Assembly (NCBI RefSeq): GCF_964213995.1
Contig: NC_135813.1
Coordinates: forward strand, 4,092,001 to 4,156,000
DNA: 64,000 nt
DNA from: Mustelus asterias
Lineage: Eukaryota
Direction of reading: 5' to 3'
The notes under the pieces were generated by a model, which had not been told where the DNA came from, made no database searches, and saw nothing but the letters and a program-made list of their open reading frames with translations. Shown piece after piece: positions 35,942 through 49,940 of the stretch (position 1 is its first letter; every line of letters starts with the position of its first letter). The position numbers were made by a program, and so were the translations under genes.

Positions 35942-38900
35942 AAGTTGACTTTCAGTTGTTCAATTGCTGGATGTGGAAACATCAGATGATGTAGCAACTG
36001 AAACTGATGGCAGGCATTAACCTGTACCCTGAAGTGTGTGTTCCGGTAATTAAGCAGCAAAAACGTTCAAATCAAGTGAAGGCAAAAGTGTGATTAATTT
36101 CCAAAATACCAACAACCTTTTAGTGAGAGACACAAGCTTACCATATATTTCAAAATTATTTCAAACAGTGTGTGACTTGAGCTTTATTTTGGAAATCTCA
36201 CAGCAGGTCACTCAATCACCAACTGAAAGCAACAAACATGTTTCTGAAACTACACTGAAAACAGCATTTTATTTAGAAGAAGGAAAAATGACAGTACTCA
36301 CAAACAGCAACATGAATGACTTGTTTAAAAAAAAGTAATCAACATTAAAAGGGACATCCATCTCCAAAAAAGGTAGCACTTAAATGTCCGATTACCCTAA
36401 ATACATTGAACACTGTCCATCCAAAATATTCCTTTGCTACAATCCAAATGTCACGTTTTGAGAGGATTTGTAAGGAATGAAGTTAACAGCTGATGGTGCA
36501 TTTATCATAACATTTTACAGATCAGCTTGATCAAGGATGCACATAATAGGTAATAGTATATGCACCTCACAATAAGTTCATTTTACCCCCTCAGACAGTG
36601 ATGAGAGATGAGTATCACAGAAACAACAGATGACATCTGTTATCCACAGGCAAAGGACCTCATCTTTTTAACCTTTGTTTTAGTCCACCCCAGACAGATG
36701 GAATGAAGATCTGACGGGGAACCGGGTGGCTCACTTGAACACATCTCCTCCGCTTAACACTTAAATGGATCACATGGGGGAAAAAGAAAGAAACGTCCCA
36801 CAGGTTAACATTTGGTCACTCTGGATTTTGGCTCGAAGAGTGTACAGGATTTTTTCTCTCTTCTAAATCAAGGCCAACTTAATCAGGGTGACAGCATTGT
36901 GAGACTATGTACACTGCATCTATTCAAAAGTGAGACAGACACTAGATTTACAAACAACTAATCTGAGGCAGTGATGTAAAATTTAAAAATAGAAGATGCT
37001 CAGATATCTATTCTGGCTTCACAGACTGCTACTTAGAGGATTTATGTGGAATGCACAACACTCCTTATTGTCACGAGGCAAACACACTATTACTTTCACC
37101 AGCTTTAATCCCTACCAGACGGTTAGAATAAAGATCTGCTGTTTAATTGGGAAAAGCAATCCTTTCAAGGGTTTGGGAATAGAGAAAGTTTGTGGAGTGT
37201 TAACAGGCCTAAACTTTGCTGCTTTCAATTCAAATTCCACACAATAAAGCTATCCTTCATTTGTCAGTACTTGTGTCAACTAATACAAATCAAATTTGGA
37301 TATTGATCTCCAAATGTCCAGACAGCTATTGCATTCTTCGCACTGTTACAGCATTCTATTCTACTAGAGACTCCCATACAAACTCTGACCAGAGAGCACC
37401 TAGAGTAGGAGAATCTAATGTTCCAGATTCCAGCTCTTCCCTGACTTTCTACCTCAAGACGACTCTGAATTCTCAGTTGCCAAGCACATTGAAGACAAGA
37501 GATTGACAGATTTTTGGATTGTAGAGGGATGAAGAGACAAGGCAGGAAAGTGGAGCGGAGGTAGATCCGCCATGACCTTACTGATTGATAGACTAGGCCT
37601 GATGGTCCACCCCTGCTCAGGTTTATTACAATGTATTTATGGGATGTGGGCATCCCTCGGTGGACCAGCATTTATTGCCCATCCTGAGTTGCCCTACAGA
37701 AGGTGGTGGCGAGCTGCCTTCAAGCCGCTGAGGTCCTTTCACCTTCAACAATTTCTACAAAAGAAGTGTCCACTGTGTGCACATTGAGTGTTAATGCAAG
37801 CCAGGCAGTTCAGCCCCTCGAGGCACTGGGAGAAGGAACAACAAAGATACACAAATGGCACCTCATTCTGCTGTGCCACCTCCCCACCCCAACCCTATCC
37901 TTGGTCAAAATGAAGTTCAATTACTGATCACAGACGGTTGACTTAATTACAAAATTAGGTTCATGGGCTTCACTCAGTTGACTGCTGACAATCGCTGTTT
38001 ATTTTCTGTTGTTAAAGGCTGCACTGTCAGGAATGTTCACGCTTCCTTGACCAAGGGCAACTTAACCTGGCACAGAGAGAACCCAGGCTTTGCAGCCATG
38101 GTAGCAGACTTGGCACTTGAATAGAAAGGTACATCCACCTAAAGGATTTGATATGAAATGAGCAGATTGGTTCACTGAACTAAGAATACTAAAACCCATT
38201 GGGCAAGTTTTACATTGGCCAAAATGTCGGGACAGGGGCAATGCCAGATGAGATTTGAGCAGCAGCTGACAGCTCGTCTCCTGGAGAAAGGCTACAGGCC
38301 ACTACACAGCTTCGAGCAGATTAGGGGTGACAGATCCCAGTTGAGCATTTTTTACTACCATATTTTCTTTTCTGGCAAACAGCCCATAGATTTATTGGAG
38401 TAAAGTTTACAACAATGGAATTTAAATTTGGGTTGCTAGTCCTGTATGCAATTATTAACCATATTTAAATAAATTTTACTGCAGTTATCAATTCTTCAGG
38501 ATTTTAAAAAGAACAAAAAATGCATATGTTTGAAGGAAACTCTATTGATGCCAGTTGGTTAGAGTTCCAGCACACAGTGCCACTGAGTAATCATCTGGGG
38601 CATTACCCAATGTGCTGGCAGCTTCTTGAGCTGTCCTCAGTGAGAAGCAACTAGCGGGGGAATCAAGACAGACACTCAACCAGTGACTGGTCCAAGATAA
38701 TCAGTGGGGGTAGAAGAGCAGCCACTGTGAGGGGAATCAGGTAACCTCAACCAAACCAGGGAAAGCGGTAATTCCTCTCTGCATTTTGTGGTTCCATTAT
38801 CTCGAGAGCCACTGGCTATTTTACAGACCATGAAATGAATCCCTCTGAAAGAAAGCTCAATAAAGGCAGCAGGCACTTTACACAGATTTACCAGAACAGT

Positions 38901-40364
38901 GAGTCAAATAGATTCAAGTTAAACTGAAAAAAATCTTCAACATCACTGGCTGCTCTCTTTGGAAACCATGTTGGCACAATTAATGTTAAGCGTTTGCATG
39001 ACCACATTAGCTAATGAGGAACCAATGGAGAAGACACAAGGGTCCTTTCCCAAGTGCTTTACCAGCCACCACCCCACACACCCCTCTTACCAGGAGTACG
39101 CATTACCAGGACTGGGAAAGCAGATCCAATTAAAGACCAAGCTGGATTGATTACAAGAGCACTTTCCTGGAGCCAGGACTGTTGGCTGGTGCTGCAATTT
39201 CACCAGTAGCCCTGTGAGCATTACATGCTATAACAGATAGACCAATTAAATAGGCTAAAGAAGGTTTTAACTAAAGTACTGGAAATGCTCACAGTGCCGG
39301 TGAGTATGAGAAACAGTCAACATTTTGAGTTCAGACTGTTCTGATGAGGGGTCTACACCCGGAACTTTACCCTTCAAATCCCGATAAGCCTGTTTTGTAC
39401 TTTTGAGCACCAAGTTACAATGTACCGATTACCATGACTTTAATAAAATAAATTAAATCAAGTCTCCCCACAACCCCCCTCCCCCCCCCCAAAAAAAGAA
39501 AAGCATGCAGAAAATTGCAACCAGATCTTATTCCCAAGAAGGATTCGATCATGTTTGCATAATATTCCACATTTCAAAATGTCTAGGGAGCCACTTTTGA
39601 ATTTGTTCGGGTAGAATTTAGCCTGAAGCAGTTTGCAATCATTATCCATTCCCTCCAATAGCATCGCACTGTGGTTGTCATCCCTCCAGGATTATTTGGA
39701 ATCGTTCAGAAATTAAAGATTAATTTCTAGGACAGAACGTTGAGCCACCCAGGAGAAAAATCACAGACACATTAAAAAAAGTGCTTTTAAAAATATACTT
39801 CTTTAAACTTGTTAACTACTTAAAATTTTGAGGTGGGCAAAAATAGAACCCTTGACTAATAGTCAAGAATTATCCAATTGGAAAAAGAGTCTGCTCACTT
39901 TCCAGTTGGCTGAGGAAGGCTGTGCATCGCAAGACTGTATGTGTTGGGCAACCAAAGCTGGGAATGGGAAGGGCAATGGAAATGGGAGTGGTTGGAGGTC
40001 AGGAGATTACACCACTAGGAATATATCCAGCCAGGTCTGGCAATGCTACAACTACACCACACTGCAGCAATCTACTTAACATCACTGAACAACATCTCCC
40101 TCCCCTGCAAACATGACCAGCTGGATTTCCCCACTGTGGGAATCCATCAAGGAGGAGTGAGGGTAACCCACCAACATCTTCTCAGAGTACACTGGGATGG
40201 ACAAAAATGTGGCTTTGCTCGCATCACCCACACTTTTATTTTAAACAGTGTCATTTTGGTTGAATGGTCACTAAAGCTGAGAACAGCACAATAAATACTC
40301 ATCTCCTGTTAATGCAAGAACTGCATAAGATTTAACTGCATCATGCACCAAGAACTGATTTGGT

Positions 40365-40716
40365 AATATCATTGTATTGGTGAGCCAGAGTCCAGGGCTA
40401 AGGCTGTGGGGACGTAGGTTTAAATCCAACCACAGCAGCCAGTGGAATTTAAATTTGATTAATAAATTTGGAATTGAATGCTAGAATGAATAATGGTGAC
40501 CTTGAAACTATCACCGCCTGTTGTAAAAATCCAACTGGTTCACCAATGTTCTTTAGATATGCACTGGTCTACACGTGACTCCATATCCATTGCCATGTGG
40601 TTGACTCTTAACTGCCCTCTGAAATGGCCTGGCAAAGCCACTCAACTGAAGGGAAATCAGAGATTGGCAACAAATGCTGGCCTTGCCAGTGATGCCCACA
40701 TCCCGTGAGAGAATAA
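40365..40716 (+). mobile_element. MER131-like SINE
   Basis: gtggttgactcttaactgccctctgaaatggcct..caagccactca...aaatgctggccttgccagtgatgcccacatcccgtgagagaataa. Confidence 0.65.
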
Positions 40717-41544
40717 AATACTTCCCATTTTAGTCCATCACAGCTGATCAAAGTCATGCAAAGAAACACCCAATGAGCTGCTGTACCCACAGCTCAAACA
40801 CAGAAACTGGAATGCTCACTTTTATAAGGCTTACTTTCCACCGTAATAATTTAGTCAAGATGCCATGCCTCCTCAAAACCTGTACCCATTCTCCCTTATC
40901 CCCCAGCTGATGCATCAAGATGAAAGGGCAGCTAGCCATTTTTGAAATCAATAATGGGAACTGCATAACAACCTTGGTTGTGTATTTCAGACTATGCTAC
41001 ATTATGTTTCTATCATCTGTCAATGCAAGTGTACAACTTGCACAGAAACCAACTCAGTGCAAATATCACCAATGCCGATTTTACACTGAGGTGTGCATGA
41101 TGTTTAAAAATTAAGTGATTTACTTATCAAGATCCTGTGAAGTGGTTCTATTTTCTAGTTGCAGTATATTGTGGTTCAATGGTCACACAGTGAAGGGCTT
41201 CAAGTTGGAGCAACTCCACTCTGCCCTGTGATATCTCAATGGCTTCCATAACTAACTGGTGATTTGAAAGGAGCTTTTATTTTATATGATAGGGTTTCAA
41301 GCCTACAAGGAATTACTCTGTCGCACAATGGCCCATGGTTCAGGTGTCAGCGGTGAAGGGATAGTGTTCAAATAAACAGGATCACCCAGTTGCAGTACAC
41401 GAAGCAAAGGCTGCAGTGATGTTACTCCCTAAAGAAAACACTGAAAGCGAATGCTCTAAGTTACAATACTAAAATCTCCGAGCACCGCAGTCACCTCTAC
41501 TTTATAATCCGTAAGAGGGTGATAAAATATTTCTGAATGGGTAC

Positions 41545-41550
41545 TTTATT
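41545..41550 (-). terminator. Candidate proximal polyadenylation signal of CIZ1
   Basis: AATAAA on the minus strand ~180 bp after the stop codon. Confidence 0.5.
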
Positions 41551-41731
41551 GGGACACTACAGTATATAAATCAGCAGTGGACTTGCACATGATTCTTCTC
41601 TCATTGGTGAAAGAAAAATACATAACCACTGATAGACAACCCACTGTGAATCTAACACTGTGGAAAACCAGATTTATCCCAACCGTGGTACAAGTTACCC
41701 TAGGAAAAAAAAGAGGATCTGGATCTTTAAT

Positions 41732-42424
41732 TTACTTCTTCCGCCTCGAGGAGAGACGGCGGCCTCTGGCTGCCCTCCCGGATCTCGTTTTGGGGGTGTT
41801 GCGTTCCAGGTGGCCGCAATCATCCTCAAGTTCAGCCTCAGTATCCTCCCCTTTGACATTCACCTCCTCGCCTTCCTTATCTGCCAGGCAGCCATCAGTA
41901 ATGGCCTCCTCCTCACCGTCCTCTGCTTCACTCGGCTCCTCAGCCTTGGTCAAGCTCGGGTCGCACTCCTCATTTCCATCATGCTCATCGTCTACTGCCT
42001 CATTGCCAGTGACTGAACTCGCTTCACACTTATCAGGGCTGGCCATCTTCTCTACCACTTCCTTAGGACTGTTCGGCGCCTCATCGTTTGAAAGTTTGCA
42101 ATCAGACGTACCGCTGGAGATCAGTCCAGTTCCATCACTTGGGTTCTCGAGCTGGACACACTGCGACTCAGAAGCATCATCCTTGTCCACTTGGGGAACG
42201 GTGCCATCACCTGACGTGGAAGGAGCCTGGACCTCGGATTCGGAACTTTCCTGCTCCGTTTGGGTCTTACTGGTAGCAGCTTCAGGAGATTTGTTGTCAG
42301 TCTCCACCTGCTTCTCATCTCCTGGCTTGTGATCATCTGTTGAACCAAGGCTGCTCTCCCCAGAAGGAGCTGGCTCCTGAACAGAGGCAGATGAATAATC
42401 TTGGGCTCTTTGTGCTTTGTAACT
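41732..42424 (-). CDS. CIZ1: CIZ1 terminal coding exon (230 aa acidic low-complexity tail with basic C-terminus)
   Basis: tttattcag|SYKAQRAQ...EEPSEAEDGEEE...RSGRAARGRRLSSRRKK*; phase 0 after the matrin finger; YKA follows NLQ as in vertebrate CIZ1. Confidence 0.88.
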   Translation of the reverse strand, partial: SYKAQRAQDYSSASVQEPAPSGESSLGSTDDHKPGDEKQVETDNKSPEAATSKTQTEQESSESEVQAPSTSGDGTVPQVDKDDASESQCVQLENPSDGTGLISSGTSDCKLSNDEAPNSPKEVVEKMASPDKCEASSVTGNEAVDDEHDGNEECDPSLTKAEEPSEAEDGEEEAITDGCLADKEGEEVNVKGEDTEAELEDDCGHLERNTPKTRSGRAARGRRLSSRRKK

Positions 42425-43379
42425 CTGAATAAAGAAAACACACAAAAAAATGGGCAAAGGCTCCAAACCTTTGGGAGTCACTGTAACAAAGTACATACTT
42501 TCAGTCAAACCAATATTAGTTTTTGATACTGACTGGAGCAGGTCACCGATTTATAAAAAGCATTAGTTCCAGTGCTTTGCCCTTCCCTGGTCGAGTCAAC
42601 GGGAAAGTGATCTGCTCCATAATCTTGTGTTGTCCTGTAACCAATGCTACAAAGTCAGTGAGAATATTATTTGCCAACTTTCCATTCCACTTTATGGGAA
42701 CTAAACAGTTTCTGTTTAGCAGCATCACGAACCACTGCCTGGGAAAAAGCTCAAATAGTACAAGCTCAGTGATACAACTTGGAACATAATGAACTTCAAT
42801 TATCAGTTGGCATCTGCCCATCAAAACAAAAGCCTATTCACTCTCCCAGCTAATACTAGTTTTCGTTTTGAAATATTATTTTGAAGGATTTCAATCTGCC
42901 CACAGGCTTGTCTTATCCTATCTCTGCAACCTTCTCCTGCCACAGAACCCTCAGACCTTTGCATTACTCTCATTCTGGCACCTTGCACAAGCCTAGGTTT
43001 AATCGCTCTAGCAGTGACAGCCATGCTTTCATCTTCCTATCCTTCTCTAGCTTTCCACCCCTTTCTCAAGAGGTTCCTTAAAACATTCCAAGCTTATGGT
43101 CACCTGTCCTAATATCTCATGTGGCTTGCTGTCAATTTGTGTTTGATAATTAAAATATTTTCTGACTACAATTATGTCTTGAATTAACAGGGTCAAACCA
43201 TCCAACTCTTATTATTCATTCTGAAAATGTTACAACAAAGAAAATTTAGAATCAGAGAACAGCATATCACAGGAGGTGGCTCATCCAGTCTGCTGGCTTT
43301 TTTAAAGAGCAACCCAGCCGGTAGTACTACTCCTCTCTCTTTTGTCCCATAGCCCTGCAGTTTTATCTCCTTCAAGTTC

Positions 43380-43570
43380 GGGGTTCCTCCCACAGTCCAA
43401 AAATGTGTGTGTGTAAGGTTAACCGCATATGATAAATTGCCCCTTAGTGTCAGGGGGATTAGCAGGGTAAATACGTGGGGGAGAGGATACGGCCTGGGTG
43501 ACATTGTTGTCGGTGCAGGCTTGATGGGCCAAATGGCCTCCTTCTGCACTGTAGGAATACTATGAATTCT
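43380..43570 (+). mobile_element. 5'-truncated HE1 SINE within an old CR1
   Basis: ttcctcccacagtccaaa...ggcctccttctgcactgtagg. Confidence 0.8.
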
Positions 43571-46437
43571 ATAAAAAATTGTATTTCTATAATTCCCTTT
43601 GAAAGCTATTATCCATTGAATCTGTATCCACCGCCACCTCTGGCAGTGCACTCTGAATTCTAGATTTTAAAATTCTTCCTGTCGTCTCTGCCTCTTTTAC
43701 AAATCACCTTAACATCTGTACTCTCTCACCCTTCAGCAACTGGAAGGAGTTTTTCAATCCATCTTAAACCCTTTATGGTTTTAACTCCCACTATTTGTCA
43801 GTTTTCTTCTCCAGAATGCAACTACTGGCCAAGATTACATGACCATATCTTTCTGTTTTAACTTGTGCCCGTCATGAGTCTGCTTTGTGTTTTAACCATC
43901 AAACAGATATAATAGGTGTTCAAATGTGACAGGATGTTGATTTTATAAGGAGCTCCATGGGAATTGCCCAGAACTCTAATTCTACAGGTATAGGTAGTAC
44001 TGGAGGAGCAGAGTGAGTCACACAGAATATGTTGAAGCATACATTTCACTGACTGGAAACCAAAAAGTGTGGCATTGGTCGATTCTTTTATGTTGTTGCT
44101 ATCATCCTTTCAAGGGCCTCACAAAAAATTCAGAGAAATCCATAAGATGCATCTTGGATATATTAGGAATTTGTACTCAGATACCAAGCATTAGCTACTT
44201 GTAAAGGAACAGGTAGACAATGAAACTATTTAAATCTTGCAGCAATGCAACTTCTTGTCTTTCTACAAAAGCAAAATACTGCAATTGCTGTAAATCTAAA
44301 ATGAAAACAGAAAATGCTGGAAATATTCAGGAGGTGTGGCAGCATCTGTGGAGAGCAAAACATGATCACAAGTTGAAATATGGATTAGGTTTCTCTCTCC
44401 ATTGATGCTGTCTGACACGCTAGTTCCAGTGTTTGCTATTTTTGTTCCAGTCCGTTTTGCTTGTTTCATAACTGACTCTGAAGGAGTCTACTTGCAACTG
44501 GCACATGTCTCAATCCCATCTGTGAAGAGAGAATACAGTGGACCATCAGTAGCATCACACTGTGAAAGTACAGATTGTCCAAATCTGAATCATTGGTCCC
44601 AGTGATGCTATTCGAGCACCTTCGATCCAGCAAGATTGAGAGATCAGAAAAGGATAAAGACCTTTTTTCTTGAATTCAACTCAAAAATTCAGATTATATC
44701 CTAATGGAAGAAAGCCAATAATATTTTCCCATTGACCTCAACTACATATGAAAGTTTAAAAACTTAAAAGCATGCTGTAGAACTGCACCATCAAAACACA
44801 AGAACATCTGAATTGCTTTAATGAAATGGACCAGAAAAAGTGAAATATGAAGCTTTCAAGTTGATAATCAACCCTACGGGAGTCAAATTTACTTGAAAAA
44901 TTCAATGAACAAGCCACATTTGTTTGACCTGCAAAAACTGGGGGTGGATCAAACGCATCAGTACAAATCATCTATCACTGCTTGGCTTAGAAGTGCTGGG
45001 AGCACTGTACACTTGCACAACAGTGACACGAACAAAAATGTCACTGTTTTCAAATCCTGAGTCTGTTGCACTTGCATTTTGAGGAGCCATTGCCTAATTC
45101 TGTGCTCAGGGCAGCATGCTTTGGGGTGGAAGCAGCAAATTAGCCCCGAACTGAAATGTAAAACTGACAACATAACCTTTTGCTTCATTACTTTCTGTAG
45201 AACAATTAACATGTCAAGAGAGATAATGCTGTAATCTCAAATTGAAAGGAGGAGAAATGTGAAACCACATGGACTGCAGCTAAAGAAAGTGGCTATGCAT
45301 TCTAGCGTGACAGACTTTGGAAGTACAAACTACAAACTAGATGAGAACATTGAAATGAAAGGTGAAACGTGGAACAGGTGACTAATAAATTGCAACAATA
45401 TCCCACAAATACCTCAAACATAGAACAAATCACACAAAACTCACAATGTAAAACAACATCAGTGCAAACAGTTCAATAAAAGATGAATGCATAATGGGTC
45501 ACAGACTTGCTCCAATTTTCCCATCAAAAAGGTATCAATATCTCATCATTATCATTTTTCACTGAGGGGGGAGGAATCGCGTTGTAGTGGCAGCTTTAAA
45601 CGCATCCAAGGTCTTGCATAAGGACAGGTGCAAAGCAGAGCTAATCTTGTTTGCCTAAGCAATGTACCTCAAACCCAAACTCAAAATCTCCTCTGATGCA
45701 ACTTTCAAAGAAAAAATAAATCGCACTTTGCAGCCTCTCTGAGCAAGAATAATTCAATCCCAAATCTTTCTGTTGTTTCAAGTCCATAAAGGAGCTGAAC
45801 AGAGATTGCTGGAAGTAAGTTAATGTAATCCCGAGCTAGTTTGTTTGGCATCTTAAAATACCTAATTCTGCTCATTTCCAAAATTACCAAGTCAATGGAG
45901 GGAGGGAGTGTAGAAAGATTAAACCTAAACAAGTTCATGGTTATGTTGGCCTGTTAATGAGTAGAGGTACACTGAATAGGGCAAGACATGAAGCAGCATG
46001 GTATAAGTTTCCAGCAATAGATATATGACTAACTTTATATCAAACTGCAGCAAAAGACTAAAAGATCAGGGCATTTTTGCTTAAATTAGAAAATTTTCAT
46101 TGCTTCCACAATAATCAAACTGTATTCAGGAGTAGGAGGGACTTTAAAGCAAGTCTGGGACAACACCAAACACCAGAAGAGGAGAAAAACCAGAGTGAAT
46201 GCGAAAGATGCATAAAGATAAAGAGTGGTGGAGTGGGAGAGGTGTTGGAGGTGTAGAGAGGGGTGGGAGAGATGGGTAGCGAGGAGTGACAAGAAGTAGG
46301 TAGAGAAGGAAAAGCAGATACAAAAGGTTAAAAGAGTGATGGAGAGAGGTCAGGTGAGAAGAGAAAGAGAGCATAAAGGTATGGAAGAGAAAATAAGAGA
46401 ATGAAACACAGGCCACATCATGGAACAACCATCTAAC

Positions 46438-46559
46438 CTGAAGGTTCTGAAAATGCATCAGTGACTTGCAGTGGGTAAATCTGGCAGTGGACTCAGAATG
46501 GTAGAATTTGTGACACAGCTTGCAGAGGAAACCGGTCACAGGGACCACAAATTCCTGGC
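46438..46559 (-). CDS. CIZ1: CIZ1 exon, matrin-type zinc finger
   Basis: ccacag|(G)[40 protein letters not shown]|gttaga; 122 bp. Confidence 0.96.
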
Positions 46560-48449
46560 CTGTGGAGGGGAGGGGAACCAAGACGATCACTGTATGTTAC
46601 ATTGAATGTGCCCTTGTCATCAAAACACACAAAACAAATCAGAAGTAAAAAAAAAAGGAAATGCATACAAGAGTTTTGTTTTAACCAAAAAAAATCAGCT
46701 GTATAAGAGTTAACAGAAGCTTGGCTCTCGGCCTATGTCAGCGTAATTAGCTTTTTAAGATTGATGGCTATGTGCAAAAAGCAGAAATCCCCTTTCAGAA
46801 TTCAGAGATATGGAGGTGCATTAGTGAGAGGAAAGCTTTGCAATGATACCATAATGGAAAGCCACAGCAATGAATCTGGATACATATAGTTATGCCATAG
46901 GATAAACTCAAGACAATTAACAGGACCAGTTTATTTGCACTAAGATACAAACTAGGGTTTTCAAATTTGAGATTTAACGCTGGGGAAGAAATGATTCTAG
47001 ATAAACTAAAGATATTCCAATTTCAGAAAAGAGAAATTGAATTTTAAAAGAAAAGCCTCACTCAAACTTGCTTCCAAAGGTTCTGTTGTGCAGTCTGTGA
47101 ACTCAACAGCTATGGGTCTAGCAGTGATGCTTAAGCTAAGCCATTATTTTCAGAGATCAACTCTCCAATACAAAACAATCAAGTGTTTTCCTTGAACTCG
47201 TACTGAGATACATTTGGAGTCCCTGAAGAAATTAGCTTAGGAAGGATGTGCAAAAGCAAAACAAAAAGATGAAGCCTTGCTACCAGGACTGGCAGGGTTA
47301 ATTATAAGGCTAGTTTGTATTAACTTGTTCAGTGTTTACTTAGTTTAAAAGGTTAAAGGATGATCTAATACAGATGCTAAAATTTTTAAAAGATTTTGAT
47401 AGGTTAGTGACAAAGAGACTATTTACTCTGTTGGAAGAATCCACAACAGGTAGGCGTAGTCTTACAATTAGAACTACATCAATTAGGAAACATTTTTTCA
47501 CACAGAGTAATGGAAAGGTGAAATATGCACCCCCCCCCCCAAATTTGATTTATATTAAATTAGAGGTTTCAAGGGATGGGGGTCAAAGCTGGGAAATAGA
47601 GCTGTGATTCAGATCTGTCACAATATAATTGAATGACGGTAGAACAGGTTTGAGGGGACCGCTCCCAAGGGTTGATGGCTCCAGAAGAATCTCACCAACT
47701 GCATCGCGATGGAGGGTGGTAAAGACTGAAACAGGTAACGCAATGGCAGTGTGCACTATATGATGCTGTACAACTGGACACTTGTGCAGGTGTTTAGTAT
47801 TGATTAGCCCTGGATCTATTTTAGATCAGAGAAAAGTTGTAATCCTACTGAGATGAATAAAGGTGTTACAGAATGCAGGCATACCCACCCAGGAATGTGA
47901 AATAAGACATCTGGGCTAGGAAGCTTAAGTGAAAAGAATTTTTAAAAATGTTTGCTTTTTTCTAAAACAATATAGCCAAGAGGAGGGAACACTTAGCGTA
48001 AGCTATGTGCTGCTACATTTTCCTTCCCCTTTTAAGAAATCAGACCATTCCCACTCTGCAAATTGATAGCATGAGGTAATTGCAGGTTAGTTATTAAAAT
48101 AGAGAGTTTTTGTTTATATTAACCCAACAATCCTCCCCTTCCTCCACAATATTAGTGTTCAGTATATCACCAGTCCATCATTTTGCTCAGAGGGAAAGTA
48201 GTCAGTTGCTAACTGCAATGAACAATTTTGAGTACTGTGGATTAAATCCAATTCATTTTGCTTAGCAGGTTTGTTTTTTTTATTTAAAATTGAAAGTGCT
48301 GGAATTAGAATGAACACTGATGATTTTAAACCACAGCGCACAACAGTCTCAGAGGAATAAGCATCTTTGCAGAGTGAGAAACATATGAAAGAGCATCAGT
48401 ATCACAATTCCCTTGGCAGCAAAGGTTTAAGGGAGACTCCCAAATGAAA

Positions 48450-49940
48450 TAATCTCTTGCTTCTTTTCTCTGAAACCAATCATCCTCCTTAAACCCTTCG
48501 CCCCTGCCTCCCCAACAGTAGAACAGCTCATGGATTTCTTTGTCATCAAGGCGGCCAAGATTGAGATCAACCATTCAGCAGCCTCTGCCGTATCTTTTCC
48601 TCCCACACCAAGCAAGCATTCCCCCATCCTTGCTCTCTTTCTCTTAAGTTTTTTTTACATTAATTCATGGGATGTGAGCACCACTGACAAGGCCAGCATT
48701 TATTGGTCACCTTCAATTGACTTCCAGAGTGAGCAAGCTTCTCGAAAAACTGCAGTCTTTTTGGTGAAGTTACTCTTGCAGTGACATAATTGTTTGGTAC
48801 AATGAATTGACTGGGAGGCCATTTTGTTACAGGGGTCATCATTACAGAAACTAACATTTTATTCCAGGTATTTTTTAAAATTTAGTTAACTGAATTTAAA
48901 TTCCCCAGCTACTATGGTGGGATTGGAACTCATTTTGCTGATTAATTAACGCAGGCCTCCAGATTACAAGTTCTGTAACACAATCCCTTATGCATTTAGT
49001 TTCCCTCCCATTCCTCCTCAACTCCTCTCCTGAACCACAAGACCCAGCTGCTCCATCAACCCTATTCCCATTAAACTGCTGACCACCCAATTTACCTTGC
49101 TGGCCTCCATGCTAACCAATACTGGAACCAGTTCCCCCTTTCCCTTTTTAAATCTGCCATCATCCCTTTATTTGCTGGCATCTTAAGCTCCCAACACTAG
49201 CCACATTCCGTTATCATTGATTTAATCCCACATGTGTCCCACCGGTCCCCGCATCCCCACCCCAGTCGCTGACTGAACTGGACTGCAATCATGATGCCCT
49301 ATTTGACGCTGAAGTGAGCTTTGGATTCAACATCCTCCCCATCACTAAGACCACTCACCTTTATCTCTGGAACATTACCTGCCTCTGCCCCTCTTTCAGC
49401 CCATCTCCTGCTGAAACCCTCACTCATGCTTCTGGTAGCTCTAAGCCTGCCTGTTCCAATGCTTTACTGACCAGCCTCCCACCTTGAACTCTCCATAAAC
49501 ACGAGCTCTGCTAAAACTTTCCAACTATGTCATAGCCAGCACCCTGTCATAAAACAATATCCTCTGGTTATTACTGATTTACACTGGCTTGCATTTCACC
49601 AGTGCCTTGAATGTAAAATTCATATCATTGCACTCAAGTCCCTTCATGGTCGCATTCCTCCACATCTCTGGAACCTCCTTCAGCCCTACGACCCTTTGAG
49701 AATTTTGCATTCCTCAAACTTCAGCCTCTTGTGAATCCCTCACTAAAGGCCATGCCTTCAATTGTCTGGGCCCTGAGCTCTGGAATTCCCTCCCCAAATA
49801 TTTTTTTTTTGTTTTCTCTCTTATTTTATGACCCTCCTTAAAATTTATATTATATTTCCTTTGGCTTGGTGTCAGTCGTTGTCTAATGATGTTTCTGTGA
49901 AATGCCATGGAGCCATCGAGGCACTACGTAAATGCAACTA
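48450..49940 (+). mobile_element. Old L2-clade LINE fragments, interrupted by a MER131-like SINE (48655-48980, minus)
   Basis: LMDFFV..KIE, gctgaaaccctcactcatgc, taaaattcatatcatt..caagtcccttcatgg, ctctggaattccctccc, gcactacgtaaatgcaa tail. Confidence 0.6.

Noticed and set aside
36586-36720. Possible C/D snoRNA (GTGATGA...CTGA with flanking ccccctcaga/tctgacgggg) and an internal aacagatg-a-catctgtt palindrome
   Set aside because: It is not intronic on the plus strand, the stem-box spacing is atypical, and no recognisable rRNA guide is present
41577-42332. 251-aa Ser-rich plus-strand ORF
   Set aside because: It is the antisense shadow of the Glu/Asp-rich CIZ1 last exon
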